Shown here: positions 1 to 13,357 of the stretch, piece by piece
Layout of the letters: every line of letters begins with the position of its first letter
How positions within the stretch are numbered: the stretch's first letter is position 1
Source: Octopus sinensis
Lineage: Eukaryota
Length of the DNA stretch: 64,000 nt
Direction: 5' to 3'
NCBI RefSeq assembly: GCF_006345805.1
Contig: NC_043003.1
Span: forward strand, 111,290,001 to 111,354,000
Program-made: the position numbers and the translations under genes
The notes under the pieces: model-generated
The model's database searches: none
The model's input: only the letters and a program-made list of their open reading frames with translations
Told to the model about the DNA's origin: nothing

Positions 1-620
1 GATTGCAAGCCAATTTTTCTAATTCTTATGGTCATCATATATCATCAAAAAATTTTGGTCCATAATCCCTCTTAGTCCCATTAGAGATTTCTTTTAGTCC
101 AAACCCTTCTAGCTTCCACACACACACTGATTACTTTGTTGACCATCAAGAATCTTCATGTACAGTAACTTATGGCGGCCGAAGTTGAATACAAATCTGT
201 ATTTCAGTAATGGTAAAATCATCTTTGCAAGAAGACTATATTTTCATCGCTGCAAAAACTATACAGCATGCATTGTTCTCTAAACCATATTATGACAGAA
301 TATACCAAATATGTTTCTGAATATATTCTGTCTTATATGCTGCAAATCAATTTAAAAGAAAATAAAGATACAATTTGCAAATAACCATAATCAAATATCT
401 GAAATTCAGCTGCAAAAGATTCAGACATCATACAGGTTTGCAAAATACAACTTTAGACGCATACGTGTGTTTCATTAAAAAGATAATAAGAAAATATAAC
501 AAAAAAAAACATATAATATTAATAGAAGTTACAATTTATTTTAGCAAAATTGATTCCGTATTTCTTCGTCATACGAGAAACACCGTTTGCTGCACTGATA
601 TAGCAACATCATTTTTTATT

Positions 621-1055
621 GAGAGGTAAGAAGGTTAGTTCCTAACCACATGGTTATCAGTTCATTCCCATTGCGTGGTAACTTGAGTGGATGTTTTCTA
701 CTATAGACTCAGGTCGACCAAAGCGTTATAAGTGGATTTGTTAGACGAAAACTGAAAAAGGACTGCCATATGCGTGTGTGTGTGTACATGTGTGTGTGTG
801 TGAATGCGTGTGTGTGTGCATGAATGTGTATGTTTGCAACTTTATGTCTGTGTTTGTTCCGAACGACAGCATGGCAAGAGGTGTTGGTCTGTTTACGTTC
901 CCGTAACTTAGTTCAGCAAAAGCACCGATAGAATAAGCACAACGGGTTTTAAAACAATGTACAGGGTCGATTGGCTCGATTGAAATTCTTCAAAGTGGTG
1001 CCACCAGCACGGCTGCACTCTAATGATTGAAACGAGCAAACGCTAAAAGACAAAA
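621..1055 (+). mobile_element. tRNA-derived SINE (family A), decayed, with internal (TG)n and CR1-like 3' tail
   Basis: Colinear with the inverted copy at 40503-40890 (ACCAAAG..GTGGATTTG.TAGA.GGAAACTGAAA, microsatellite, TGTCTGTGTTTGT, GAATAAG, GGGTCGAT, tail GGTGC..CAGCA.GGC.GCA). Confidence 0.8.
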
Positions 1056-1679
1056 CAAAAGATATGCATATAAATGGAGGTTGGATCTTTTCTTTTTAAT
1101 TGAAAATTAATTAAATATGCTGTGCATGTTGAGAGACTAATGTTTACTCGTTATTCACAATGATTGCTAGTGACTAACTGGCTCATACGGCTGTAACACA
1201 AACCTGCGGGTTGGTGCTTCTGTGTTCTACATCCGAATCGATCGTCTGTCCTGGACATGATCAACATGCGATTTCGATGATCGTAAATGAGTCTTGATTT
1301 GCTAGTCATTGCAAACGAAATCTATAATGAATTTGATTGTGTGTTTCGTGCTCCCTAGCGGTATGAGATGTAGCATTTCATGAAATAAATACCACTCTAG
1401 CACATGTCGATATAATCATGTAAAGCCTAGAAGGCGGATATTGCACGACTAAAGTTCAGCTTACTGAATCTAATGAAAAACATTGCAGAAGAGAACAATA
1501 AGTATCGATAAATGTTGTATGGAGTATCAGACCCAGAATCTAAGAGAGTACTGTATCTACGGAGGAAATTTATTACGAGACATATTGTATAAACCCGCTC
1601 AGAGATTTCTTATTGCTCGTTTACACTTTTTCGATATCAGTGTCTTTACGTCACTGCAAAAATGATATATATTTGCAGA

Positions 1680-1925
1680 GGAAGGTCTACTTTTCGTCGA
1701 CAGCCTTGATTGTCACACGCTGATGACGGGTCAATACCCAGAAACTCGAGTCCGTGTGTATCATAGGTTGAAGACGGGAAGGATGGCTTCCCTTTGCAAA
1801 AACTGATAGGGCACAGAAAGTGCGTCAATAGCCAGCTAGAGGGGGTGTCCTCCTGGGGCTAAAAGCTACAGTAGCATCCACCCTTAGGGCTTAGCCATAT
1901 TTAAATGGCAAATATACCTCACGAT
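1680..1925 (+). mobile_element. GC-richer, HHR-bearing repeat fragment of unassigned class
   Basis: GC-richer island around the HHR with no credible ORF. Boundaries approximate; interspersed status not shown within this window. Confidence 0.4.
1714..1758 (+). ncRNA. Type I minimal hammerhead ribozyme motif
   Basis: Stem I CACACG/CGTGTG, core CTGATGA (1720-1726), stem II GGG/CCC with a C-A mismatch at its base, GAAA (1741-1744), palindromic stem III ACTCGAGT, GUC triplet ending at 1752. Confidence 0.8.
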
Positions 1926-2594
1926 ATTCTATAACGTTATATTCAAACAACTAAACATGTTATTACATAAATTTCGTCTTTCTTTTCCATAAAATAAATT
2001 ATTATATGGAAAGAATGCAAGAAAACAACTACAGAAAATGCATTTGAAAGTGAAAAATGAAACAAAAATAATCACATTTTGACCTATAAAAACATTTTCT
2101 TTCTGATATTTTGATTCTTGTTTAATTTTGTGCAATACAAGCAGACAGTTGCTAAATAAATAATAATTCGAGAATGTTCTTTCTAGATGTTCTGTCGAAT
2201 ATCGATTAACGAATGAAACTTTTAATAGATCTATTATTTCAGTTGTGACTTCGATTGTAGTGGACTGTAAGTAATCCAAAAGTCGATTTTTGACGTAAAA
2301 AATTATTGGAAGTTTAAAGAAGGATTTCCTTCTGTGCAAGGTATTGATTTTTCCTTTTTTTGTTTTGCCTTGACGTTCTACATCAAAGAGATATTAATAT
2401 AAAGTTTGTGAAAATGAAATATAAAATAAATGAGTAAAAGAAATGGTTAAGAAATACTAGTGCAGTGTTTAGACTGAATTTGTACAAAACATTAAGATTA
2501 GAGACACACGATTGTAATATTGCAGACATTTGATGCAATATAGATGTGTGTGTACGGCACATGTGTGTATGTTTGTGTGTGCATATATATGCAC

Positions 2595-3195
2595 ACACAA
2601 GTTCAAGACGCTACCACATATACGGTACTGGATACAGATGGCATCTTCATCATCGGGGTCTTCAGTGGCCTGCTTGAGTATCATGCCGAAGAGTGGTGGT
2701 GAGAAGAGTTGGCTGCAAGATACTATCTTCAATCTCACCGTTTCCAAAGGTAAATGGCTTGGTGAGTTCTTGCTTCTATCTTATCAAAGCCTGCTTGATG
2801 ATCATTGATGGGCGGATACATCCCAAACAGTGTAGTATTTACCATACGCCTTTTCTGCTTACATAATTGGTTGACAAGGTTGACAATGTCAATAGGTTTG
2901 ACAATGGTGATCTCAGAGGCATTTGCCTTGTCCTCCCACTTGTCTTGGAGCTGTCTCAGAATAAAATATGGACGATTGTAATCCCCCTTGCTCTGTAGGT
3001 GTGATGGCATTCTGGAATATTTTCATCTTGAATGGTGAGCAATGAGCTGCGCCCTGGCAAGGATTTTGTCTTCGAAATCCCTCTGCAGTTGGATCAGTCA
3101 GACTTTTCCTCCTTACTCTAAAACAGGATGATGAAGCTAGCATCGTAGAAGTGCTTGGTATCTTACCTTGCTACCAGCAGCAGACAAAATCTCAC
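2595..3195 (-). mobile_element. RTE-clade (BovB-like) LINE reverse transcriptase remnant
   Basis: Frameshifted peptides FYDASFIILF*SKEEKSD*SNCRGIS, HQAGF and FSPPLFGMILKQATEDPDDEDAICIQYRICGSVLNL resemble RTE ORF motifs (KGEKSDCSNYRGI; DLDDEDGIYIRYRTDGSLFNL). Confidence 0.75.
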
Positions 3196-4756
3196 TGAGT
3201 TTAGAGTGCAGTGCTACGCCGTTAACATGGGATTTCGTCCGTTCATAATTCCTTTCCACGTTTCAGGTGCTCTATGTCTTTGTTCGTCTCTGCGAGAGAA
3301 GTTATTCCGTCCTGTTCTGACTTCGATAACTGCTGTGAGACATGAAGCTCGGCTAAGACTTGGAATTAGTGATTGACACTGAAAATAGTTTTAAAGTGTC
3401 CTTATCACCGATTCAAGAAAGCAGCAAATTAATATGAAAAGTGTCCTACCGTCTCGCTGCAAAATGATCACTGTGAAAGAGACTTCACGGATTTAAGCAT
3501 TATGAATGTTCAGACTGGGGCGTTCATGTGCAACAAGAGCAGAATATCTGTATAGGGTCATTCTCTCAGCATTATTTATCATACTTTTGATACCACGCCA
3601 GCTTGATGCCATGTACACATACTTCATCAGGTGTGAATCTTTTCTTTTTGTTGTAGTTCGACCGAGTTTGGCGATGTCTTTGTAACAAATGGATTATCAA
3701 AATGGGTGTTTAGAGCGGAACTTTGATTAGACTACCATTACTTGGCCTCTCACCTTATGTGGAAATGACAGCACCTGTCGAGGTGCCAAATATGGATTAA
3801 GGGTTGAACTCTTCTAATCTTTATAGCAATCTCCTTAGGAAAATAAAACTGATGTATTTATGTATGTATGTAGATATATATATATATACACACACTTCAA
3901 ATTTCTTGAAAATATTTCAGGCGATATTTGGATTTATTTGTCATACATGAAGAATTAACTTCGATGTTAATTCTACTTGTATTTAGTGGTATTTGATTGT
4001 CTGATATGGTTAACCAAATTCGCTTACCACTGACTGATTTATAGATATCTGCCTGGAATTATTAAGCCATTTTATATCTCATATATATATAATATATATA
4101 TATATATATCTATATATATATATATATTGTCTGTAATATATAGTATATTATATATTTCTGCATCTAATCCTACATCCGGCTGCGTTATTCGGAAATCGAT
4201 CCAAGCTGTCGAGTTATTTCGCTGGCAGCAGCTTACCACATAACTTATGTATTACTACCAAATGAAACAATTTCTAATACATTTTTACGTATAACTGTAC
4301 GTCTGTGTAGTTGAGTGCATCGATCTTAACAAAGTAATCTATATTTATTGAAGTACATGTTAAATCATATGAAGTAGACGCAGAGAACTGAATAAATATA
4401 ATGAAATATTTCGATTGGTTATATGAATTAAATTGTGTAGACATTAATGCTACGACTCTACCGCACCTTCTCATTTCTGGGAATGACTAATATAGCACTA
4501 CTCTTTAAGTATATATATGTATTACTATTATTCGTCTATCATATAGTTATATTTGCAATCACATTTTAACTTCCAGCCGGTGGAGGATTTCAATGAACTT
4601 GTAAAATAATACAATTTTATAGTACGCTATTCTCATATTCCGTTACACAGAGATTTGCGTGACACACTACACGACTAGTGATGCATGCCCGTTAAATACA
4701 CACAGTCACGAATACATACATACACACATGCACACACACACACATGTCTATCTAAC

Positions 4757-4850
<94 letters not shown>

Positions 4851-5124
4851 GCATATTTTATCCACCAACCACTTCATGCATTCACTTATCATATAAAATA
4901 TTTATTAACTATTCTATAAGCTGCTAAGTATATCACGTATTAAAATATGCCATTCTCTGAATGAAACTAACAACAACAATAACCACATTATAGTTCTACT
5001 ATCCATTTTGAATTAGTTTGAATAGAGAGGAAATGAAATCTGAATACTGCCTCTGTGCTTGTTTCTGTATGCATATGTAGGTGTGTGTGCGCGTCCGTGC
5101 GTGGCTGTGTGTGTATTGATCTAT

Positions 5125-5126
5125 AC

Positions 5127-5163
<37 letters not shown>

Positions 5164-5243
5164 TATATTATATATGTATTTACATGTACATATATATATA
5201 TATATATTTATATGCATACATATTAAATATACATACACATATA

Positions 5244-5323
<80 letters not shown>

Positions 5324-5345
5324 TATATATACATATATATATGTA
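5125..5345. repeat. (TA)n-rich compound microsatellite
   Basis: Directly visible; source of the spurious Y/I-rich ORFs. Similar tracts at 4740-4850, 11345-11425, 30500-30620, 32920-33000, 49010-49530, 52195-52266 and 59200-59290. Confidence 0.95.
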
Positions 5346-7454
5346 TATCTATACGTACATACCTGCAGACGTGCGCGTGCGTGTGTATGTGGCATGGTTA
5401 TCTATAGTATAGGCTATAGTATACGCTTTGTTTAGAGTATTGTGATGCGAAGCTATTTATTTACTCACTGACAAGAAGGAAATGGTTGTCAAGGAAAAAT
5501 CAGATGATGAACGTGTTCTCGACATTACTCTTCACATTTACGACCCTTATGTGCAAATGATATTTCAGTAATTTTACTACTGGTTCTGTTATATGAGTTA
5601 CAGCATTATAGTTTAACTTCCAACCAATTTCCTAGCTCGTCGCTATTCTACATACTATACACTTCATATTCAGAGGAATAGTTAACTCTTTCGTTAATGA
5701 ACTCCAATATGTTATGGTGACATGCGTTTAATCTCAGATTAAACGTATCAATGTATTTGAGGGATTATAATTTTATAATTTCCTTCTGAATTTATAATGA
5801 ATTTATTTTTATAATCTCGTATTACTATACTCATACCGTCATGCGTAATCTCTGAACGTTGTATGTTACATAATTGATAATTTATTATTAATTTAATAGC
5901 CTATTAAACATCTGATTGTATTGATATATTAATTGCCTTAATTTCTATTAACATATACTTAACAATACAACAATCGATAAACGTAAATCAATTTGATACT
6001 AGAAAAATAGTTCTTTTGATATAAATCTCGTAGCTGTTGTTCAATTAATTTCTCTACAAGATTGCTTTGATCCCCGACAATTAAGTAAACTGTCGGTCAG
6101 TTTCAACTTTGATCCACGATTCAATTAATCGCCTAAGATGACTCTATTCATCATCATCTATTGGTTTAACTTCCATTACGTTAGTATGCCAAAAGCCCGT
6201 AAACACAATTATTGCTCTTAAGGCAACAGAATACCAGATTTTCTGAAACCATGATTAGGAGCGGATAATTCTATTTCCATAATCTATTTAAACTTAATGA
6301 TTTTAGAAATGTTTACAATGTGCGTACACGTATACACACATATAGAGACATAGCACAAAAAGATCGATATGTAGAATGCCAACAAAGTGATGATAGCATC
6401 ACGTCTGCACCGCCATTTTCATATAAAAAGCATGTGATCTCAACAGAAAAAAGGAGGCCTAGATACTTTAATTCGAAATCAGTTAAAATTTCTTTTGAAT
6501 TATTGCTGCTTTAATTAATGCTAATCTAAAGAGCACTTTTAGTTAACACTCACCCATGCATACTCACATACATACACAGACACACAAGCATACAAACATA
6601 CACAAACACATACAAATACATACAATTACAATTGTACACAAGTACACATAACTGTGTATAAAGGTAGCAACGCTGCCAGCAAAGTTAGAAATATAAAACA
6701 AAAACAATATTAAACATAATGTTAAGAATTGAGTAGATTATTTTGTGCCAAATACTAACTGTTGTATTCCACGATAGGAAACCGTAGCTTCTCACTATAT
6801 TAAAAGAACATCCCTCCGGTAGACATAAACTATAATGATGTTTCCACCAGAGCCACTGTCAAAATTGCCCCTTCAACCACTCAGAATTTAGTGAATAACA
6901 TATTTGCAATGAAGAGAAGGAAACTAAATAGAACCAATAATTACAAGATGGAGGATTTATGCGTTATCACGTAGAAAAAGTCTGTCATCGATACATGCAG
7001 TGTCCATCAATAGGAAAAAAGAACTGTCGTATTGTTGCAACCAGATTTATGTCACCAGAATTAATACCACGAGGTCTCACATGACCATTAGAGATCTAAC
7101 ACTCTAGAAATCGATTGAGTCTCTCTCAAATCCTTTATACTCCTGGTATGTGAAGAAATGTTGCCAATTCTATGCGCCCACAAAAAAGTTGTCATTTGCA
7201 GATAAGTCAAACTGTTATCAAAAACACATGTAATTACTACTTGTTGAGTGCCACTTTCTTTCGTTTGTCCACTTATTCATATAGAGATCGCTATATCGTA
7301 GGTTCGATTTCCAGACCTGGTGGCGTGTTGTGTGTTTGGGCGAAACACTTCACATGACGCTGCTCGGCAAACATTTAGTCTTCTGATGTGTGGAAGGGGG
7401 GGGGGGGGTTGTGTACTGCGCAAACACGTGATCCTTATTTGCCGATCCATTATA

Positions 7455-7670
7455 CATACATTCTTTTATTTGTTTCAGTCATTTGACTCCAACCTTCCTG
7501 GAGCACCACCTTGAAGTGTTTCTGCCGAACAATTCGACCCCAGGACTTATTTTCTAATTTAGTACTTATTTTGTCGGTCTCTTTGCCGAAACGGTAAGTT
7601 ACGGAGAAGTTAACGCACCATGAGGGAACAAACACAGACACTAAGACACTACTAAAGACATATACATATA
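7455..7670 (-). mobile_element. SINE family A, 3' half
   Basis: TTTCAGTCATTTGACT..GGAGCACCACCTT..CGACCCCAGGACTTATT..AGTACTTATT..ACAAACACAGAC, matching 40503-40690. Confidence 0.7.
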
Positions 7671-7679
7671 CATACATGC

Positions 7680-7746
<67 letters not shown>

Positions 7747-7789
7747 GATAGAGAGATTGATAGATATATATTTGTTTTTTTATTTATAT

Positions 7790-8030
7790 TAGACAAAGAC
7801 AAGTAGCAAAGCCAAAGCTGTGAGGAGTTTTCAGCACATTTATAAGGGGAGAAATATAGTCTTACAGCTGTTTCTGGGATATTATGAATATCGCTTAATT
7901 AGTGATGATGTGATACAGATAAAAGTTTGAGTTCAAAATAAAGAATTATTATGGAAAAGGAGGAGATTGGGAACCATAGAGGGAAATCAGAGAATGAAAG
8001 TAGAAGTAAGAGTAACAGTAAAGTTGCAGT
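7790..8030 (-). mobile_element. Putative Penelope-like terminal fragment with decayed HHR
   Basis: Minus strand 7858-7905 keeps stem II (..GATAT/ATATC..), GAAA, palindromic ACAGCTGT and a GUA triplet, but the CTGATGA core reads CTAATTA. Confidence 0.45.
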
Positions 8031-8480
8031 GGGTTTGCCTTATTGTATGGTATGATGCAGAGTCCTGTTGCTAGACATAGGGTCTTCGAACCACCACCCT
8101 CTTGAACTAGGGAAGCACTACGTCTTCCAGGTACTTGATGTAGGCCTCCATATTGAGTATGAGGCCGCATGGGTAGATCACTAGTGTTCTCTCGAAACAC
8201 TATAATGTTGACTGTATGTTTGATTTTTATCACTCTCAGAACATGTCTTCAAGTTGTACTGTCCTCAGAGTCACGCCTAAACCCACTGAAATATTCGTTT
8301 TGGAGCTTCCCGTGTCAATGCCAAGCAGTACTGCATGTCGTTTCCAAATTACTGGCAAAGTGAATTGTAGCACGTTGTTGTTATTCTCACAGAACATACT
8401 CTCCTGAGCCTACTATAAAGTGCAGTCGACAAAATCAAAGCATCCAACGCACATTCGAGAAATAAAAAAGATAACATGGC
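8030..8480 (-). mobile_element. Tc1/mariner-superfamily transposase remnant, internally deleted
   Basis: Minus strand gives IKIKHTVNIIVF followed by LILNMEAYIKYLEDVVLP*FKRVVVRRPYV*QQDSASYHT, resembling the DDE-domain QQDxAPxH motif. Confidence 0.7.
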
Positions 8481-8501
8481 GGCAATTTACCCATCGCAAC
8501 C

Positions 8502-8529
<28 letters not shown>

Positions 8530-8532
<3 letters not shown>

Positions 8533-8720
8533 AGAGTTTACGAAAAACAAGCAAAAGACGAAGACATGTGGTGTACAAAACAAACAGATGTATTAGTATA
8601 ATGCTCAGGAATACAAAAAGCATTTTACTTTTCGAGCCTAGGCTCTTCTACAAAAAGGGACACAGAAAAAACAAGGGGGGAAACAAGGAGAGGAAAAAAG
8701 TCTGTGTAGTGACTAAAGAT
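8530..8720 (-). mobile_element. Penelope-like 3' terminal (pLTR) fragment
   Basis: Homologous to 30623-30830, the end of the GIY-YIG element (AAAAGACGAAG..GTATTAGT..GCTCAGGAA..TTCGAGCCTA.GCT); abuts (TA)n. Confidence 0.6.
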
Positions 8721-11393
8721 ATATCATGGTGACATATATATATATATATATACGACGTGTTTCTTTCACACATATATTTCTCTCCTGCTTTCTTTCTCTG
8801 TCTCTCTCTCTGTCTCTCTCTCTCTCTCTGTCTCTTTCTCTCTCTGAAATACTTATGTTTTTCGCTCAACAGAGTATGGCACTGAGAAAATATAAACTTT
8901 GTTAGGTGTCTCTGCGATAAAACACATATTCATTACTTCATATTTTGTATCAGGTGTACATATAGGCAAATAAATTGTATATATCCAATATGCTCCACAG
9001 CCAATTTACGATCAACCGTAAGAGACACTACATGGTTATAAACGCTTTGAAATTAGCAGACGGATTTCTGTCAAGACACAAGATACTACCGTGTAAAATC
9101 AAAAGTGCATTTGATAACGTATGCCAAAATAATATTCGTTCGCCAGAAAGAGTAATAACGCCTGAATTTTCATCTTAGGCTTTTTCAATGAAAGATATTA
9201 TTTGCATTAATCAAAAGTAAACATGATAACAAACAGTCAAAGAAATATATATTGTATCAGGTTCTGTTGTGCATAAAAGACGAAAATGAAGAATAAATGA
9301 TTAAGAGAATGGTTTATTTGTTGAAACTGTATTTCAAAAATGTTTGGCTCAGAGAATGTGGAAGTTCTAAATGAGTATTTTTATCATGATATTATCTGTT
9401 CTGATATTGCAGTGAGATAGATATTTCAGAGTTGAGGGAAAAACACATGATCTGTTTGCAAGATATATATAGCAAATTTAATATTCATGCACACACAACT
9501 GATACACTCACACACACGTACAAAACAAACATATACCCATGTATGTATAACTAGATGTACTATAAAAACAAAATGTTTATACGAATGAAATATAACTATA
9601 AAATATATCAAGTAACTAGAAACGTTTATGTTTCAACGCGCTAATTTAATATAGTTTAATATTTATGAACGATAAGTGACAAATTTCCTGATATATTTTA
9701 TCGGTCATTGGAATCATATTGCTTAATTGAAACATAAGACAAGTATCTATGTGTAGGCTTCCTCTTATATTTCGTTACAAAATATAGGTATATTATCGAT
9801 TTACTAATTTATATTTACTCAGCAATAAAGTATAACCTTCAGCTGAAATTTAATGAAAGGATACAAACATTCTTGACGTATTGCAAGTTCTATCTACATG
9901 CAGACAGACATGCAGACACAGACGCACGAGCATATTTTGATATAAGTTTGCGCATGTCTGCATGTGTGTGCGTCTGTGTCTCTGTGTATACACATGCATA
10001 TATGTACATTAATACATCAGTACATAGATATATATACACAAATACATTGATATGTGCGTCTGTAGCAAATTCATAGCAGTTGCGTCGTAGTGTATAAATA
10101 TGGATAAATATAACCAAGACATATGCTTTTATGCAAGATGAAAGTTTTCCAAATCGAGTGTTCTCTGGAAAATCATATTCTGTAAAAAGACATCCCTTAG
10201 GTGAATAAGAAACAATATAAAGCCATTTTCCTAAATATTTATAGTAATATAATTATCTTCGAAATTCACAAAAAGCTCTAGTTTAGATTAAAAAACAAAA
10301 AAACAACATACGTTTAGGCGTTGAAGTGTTTTGCATAATTTGCTTTTAACGAGTAAAGTCAAAAAGAGACCCAAGTGGAGGAAACCGCAGAGATATCCAT
10401 AACATCTTCAGATTTACATCTCCTCATAAATTTTCATTCTGATTGTGGAATTGTTTAAATTTAAGTACTAAGTGAACAAATCTAATCCTTTAATGCCTGA
10501 GGGCATGTCATCAAATCATTGAATAACTATTGTCTTTCCTATTAGTGCTCAGAAGAAACCGATATGTTTACAAAATAACTGTTATAATTCTTCGTGCCAC
10601 TTATGAGAGAAAAGTAATACTTATAAAACTTGTTGTGAAAGCCGAAAATCTTAGCTTCGTTTTACAGCGCAATATAAAAGCAACGGCTCTATCCGTTATT
10701 GAGCCGTATAAGTTGTTTGTCTAAGAATTCATTAGTCAGAAAATATGCACTCGCATATTTGTCAATAGAGCGGGTAGATTAAACAAATTGTACGCTATTA
10801 TACATGTTCAGCCGATCTAAGCAATAGGTTCCGAACTCGATATTAAATCACAAAATATTAGATATTACGACGGTTAAGTAATAACAAGTGCTTGTCAGAG
10901 ACGACAGAAATAGAAATGAATGGCGGCTGCTCTCTGTTATTGGTGATAAAAATGTCATATCCGCTTTTCTGAATGGATGCTGGGGAAAAAGACGAATCGA
11001 AGTTGTGAGAGGGGAACCGAACTAAGAGTTATATCTAGAGTTATGTCCCTTGGCTATAAAGCATTTGAGATGATTTAAGTCGGCAAAAGTTTGGTGACAA
11101 TATATTATCATGAAGATAGGAGACGTAATACGATACACCGGATAATGACACTGCCAGTAACAAAGAACAAAGTAAACTCATTAATATTTAACTTGAAATA
11201 TATTGTAACTTAAAATAAATCATTCCGCTGTCCGTTTTGCTGCCTTGTCTGATCAATGCACAAGGGAACAAGTCTACACGTATCAATACCTAACATTTTA
11301 CAGACGAGAAAGATTGTACAAATTTCTTATGCATATGTATACGTCAAGAATAGATTTATATATATATATAATATATATATAATATATATATAT

Positions 11394-11433
<40 letters not shown>

Positions 11434-11558
11434 CATACGTACAGACATAAAACAATCCAGCATATACACATCAGGACAGGAAGGCAGATAGACAGGCAGA
11501 CAGATATATGATAGATAGATAGATATAGATAGATAGATAGACAGATAGATAGATAGAT

Positions 11559-11605
<47 letters not shown>

Positions 11606-11606
<1 letters not shown>

Positions 11607-12948
11607 TGTTTCTTTATTAGCCACACAGGGCTGCACACAGATAGAACAAATTACAAGGTAGAGCTTTTCTTTTGAAGGTTTAAAAAAAAAAAGAAAAAAT
11701 AGAAGGGGGAGTTTCGATCAAAAGGGATCGTAAAAGGAGAGAAACATGACAAAAAGGGGGGTTAAAAAAAGGGGGAGAGGAAGAAAAAAAAGAGAAAAAA
11801 AATTGATCAATAGGGATCGTTATCACAGAAATGTCAATATGAAGTGTAAAGGGGAGGACAGTGAGGTTTACCCGTGGAAAGAAAAGCCTACGGAAAAGAC
11901 CACGGTAACCTCGGTCAATGGAGTCACATGTTATATTTCTTTTTTTTTTTTTGCAAATAAGCAACTCTCTGTTTTCAACTTCTGGGTTCATAGGATCATG
12001 CTCAAGGTGGCTTCGTCATTCATACGTGCCATTCTTGCTACATTCACCCATCTTTTTTTAAAACATTCGCTAGACAAAACTTGCCTCTCTACTCTCACTT
12101 TCCTTTTCAAGTGGTACTTGAAGAAGTTGAGAGATGAGAGACCAGAGAGGAAAGTGTTTGTCTCCAATCCTTTCAGACGCGTCCACCAGATACTTCTTTC
12201 GCCATACCACAAGGATGATGAAAATAGCTCTTCCTTCCCGTTTGAAGGAGGGAGGCGTGACAATATTAACGATAGACTCAGCTGATAAACCGACTCGTCC
12301 CACACGTGACAGCAGTTGTTCGACATAAGCCCACAGGTCGGAAAGTGTTGGACACTGCACGAGTGCGTGCAGAACGGTTTCGGTCGTCGCTCTGACCGCA
12401 TCTCGGGCAGGTCGGCCCCGTGTTTCTCGAGCCGTGTCTGTAGAGCTTATCCCGAATGGGTAGCGCTTCTCGGTAGCACTGCCAGACCAGGGATCTCTGG
12501 AAGTTGTCCATGGGCCCTGGCCCGAAAGTCGTCCTGAACAGGCGGGTCAGGTACTCCTCGTCGACGTCCGGTTCGCCCCGAGGTCGTCGTCGTACCTCCC
12601 CTCCACTAAACCCCTATAGAATGCTTTGGTTGTGTTGAAGTCACTCAAGGTCGACCCAGGACGGCAGAGTTGCTTGAGAGCAACGCGACACTCGCGGTGC
12701 CATTCGCCCTTCTTCGGCCTCTTTTTGATCCACGACTGCAGTTCGGTCATGGAGACGAGCTGCGGGAAAGCGTGCCTCACAAACGGCGACCACGCCTGTT
12801 CACCGTCGTCTACATAGAGCCAGAGATGTCGCAGTCTCAGCGCGTGTCTGCGCATCATCAACCACGGCATGCCCGGCCCTCCTTTTAACGGGTGTTGACA
12901 GCAAATGGATCGCCTGACCATCGGGACGCATCCTTTCCACAAGAAGCG
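11606..12948 (-). mobile_element. Tx1/L1-clade LINE copy 1 (5'-truncated, ~1.34 kb)
   Basis: Shared 3' end GGCTAATAAAGAAACAT|(ATCT)n. Encodes the ORF2 C-terminus in frameshifted pieces ([24 protein letters not shown]; TCPRCGQSD; ...EATLSMIL*, stop at 11988). Confidence 0.92.
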
Positions 12949-12978
12949 AAAGATAGATAGATAGATAGATAGATAGAC

Positions 12979-13017
<39 letters not shown>

Positions 13018-13034
13018 CAGATAGATAGATAGAT

Positions 13035-13076
<42 letters not shown>

Positions 13077-13093
13077 CAGATAGATAGATAGAT

Positions 13094-13127
<34 letters not shown>

Positions 13128-13164
13128 CAGATAGATAGATAGATAGACAGATAGATGGATAGAT

Positions 13165-13195
<31 letters not shown>

Positions 13196-13274
13196 GATAG
13201 ATATACAGATAGATAGACAGATAGATAGATATATATGATAGATAGATAGATAGATCATAGATAGATAGATAGAC

Positions 13275-13313
<39 letters not shown>

Positions 13314-13357
13314 CAGATAGATAGATATATGATAGATAGATAGATAGATAGATAGAT

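Noticed and set aside
3590-3640. Minus-strand ACACCTGATGAAG motif; also CTGAAGATAGAAA at ~25970
   Set aside because: The first has no stem II or GAAA downstream; the second lies in LINE coding sequence and has no stem II.
4999-5435. Y/I-rich ORFs here and at 30405-30685, 42156-42774, 48932-49545, 54188-54462 and 60280-60775
   Set aside because: Translations of (TA)n or (CA)n microsatellites.
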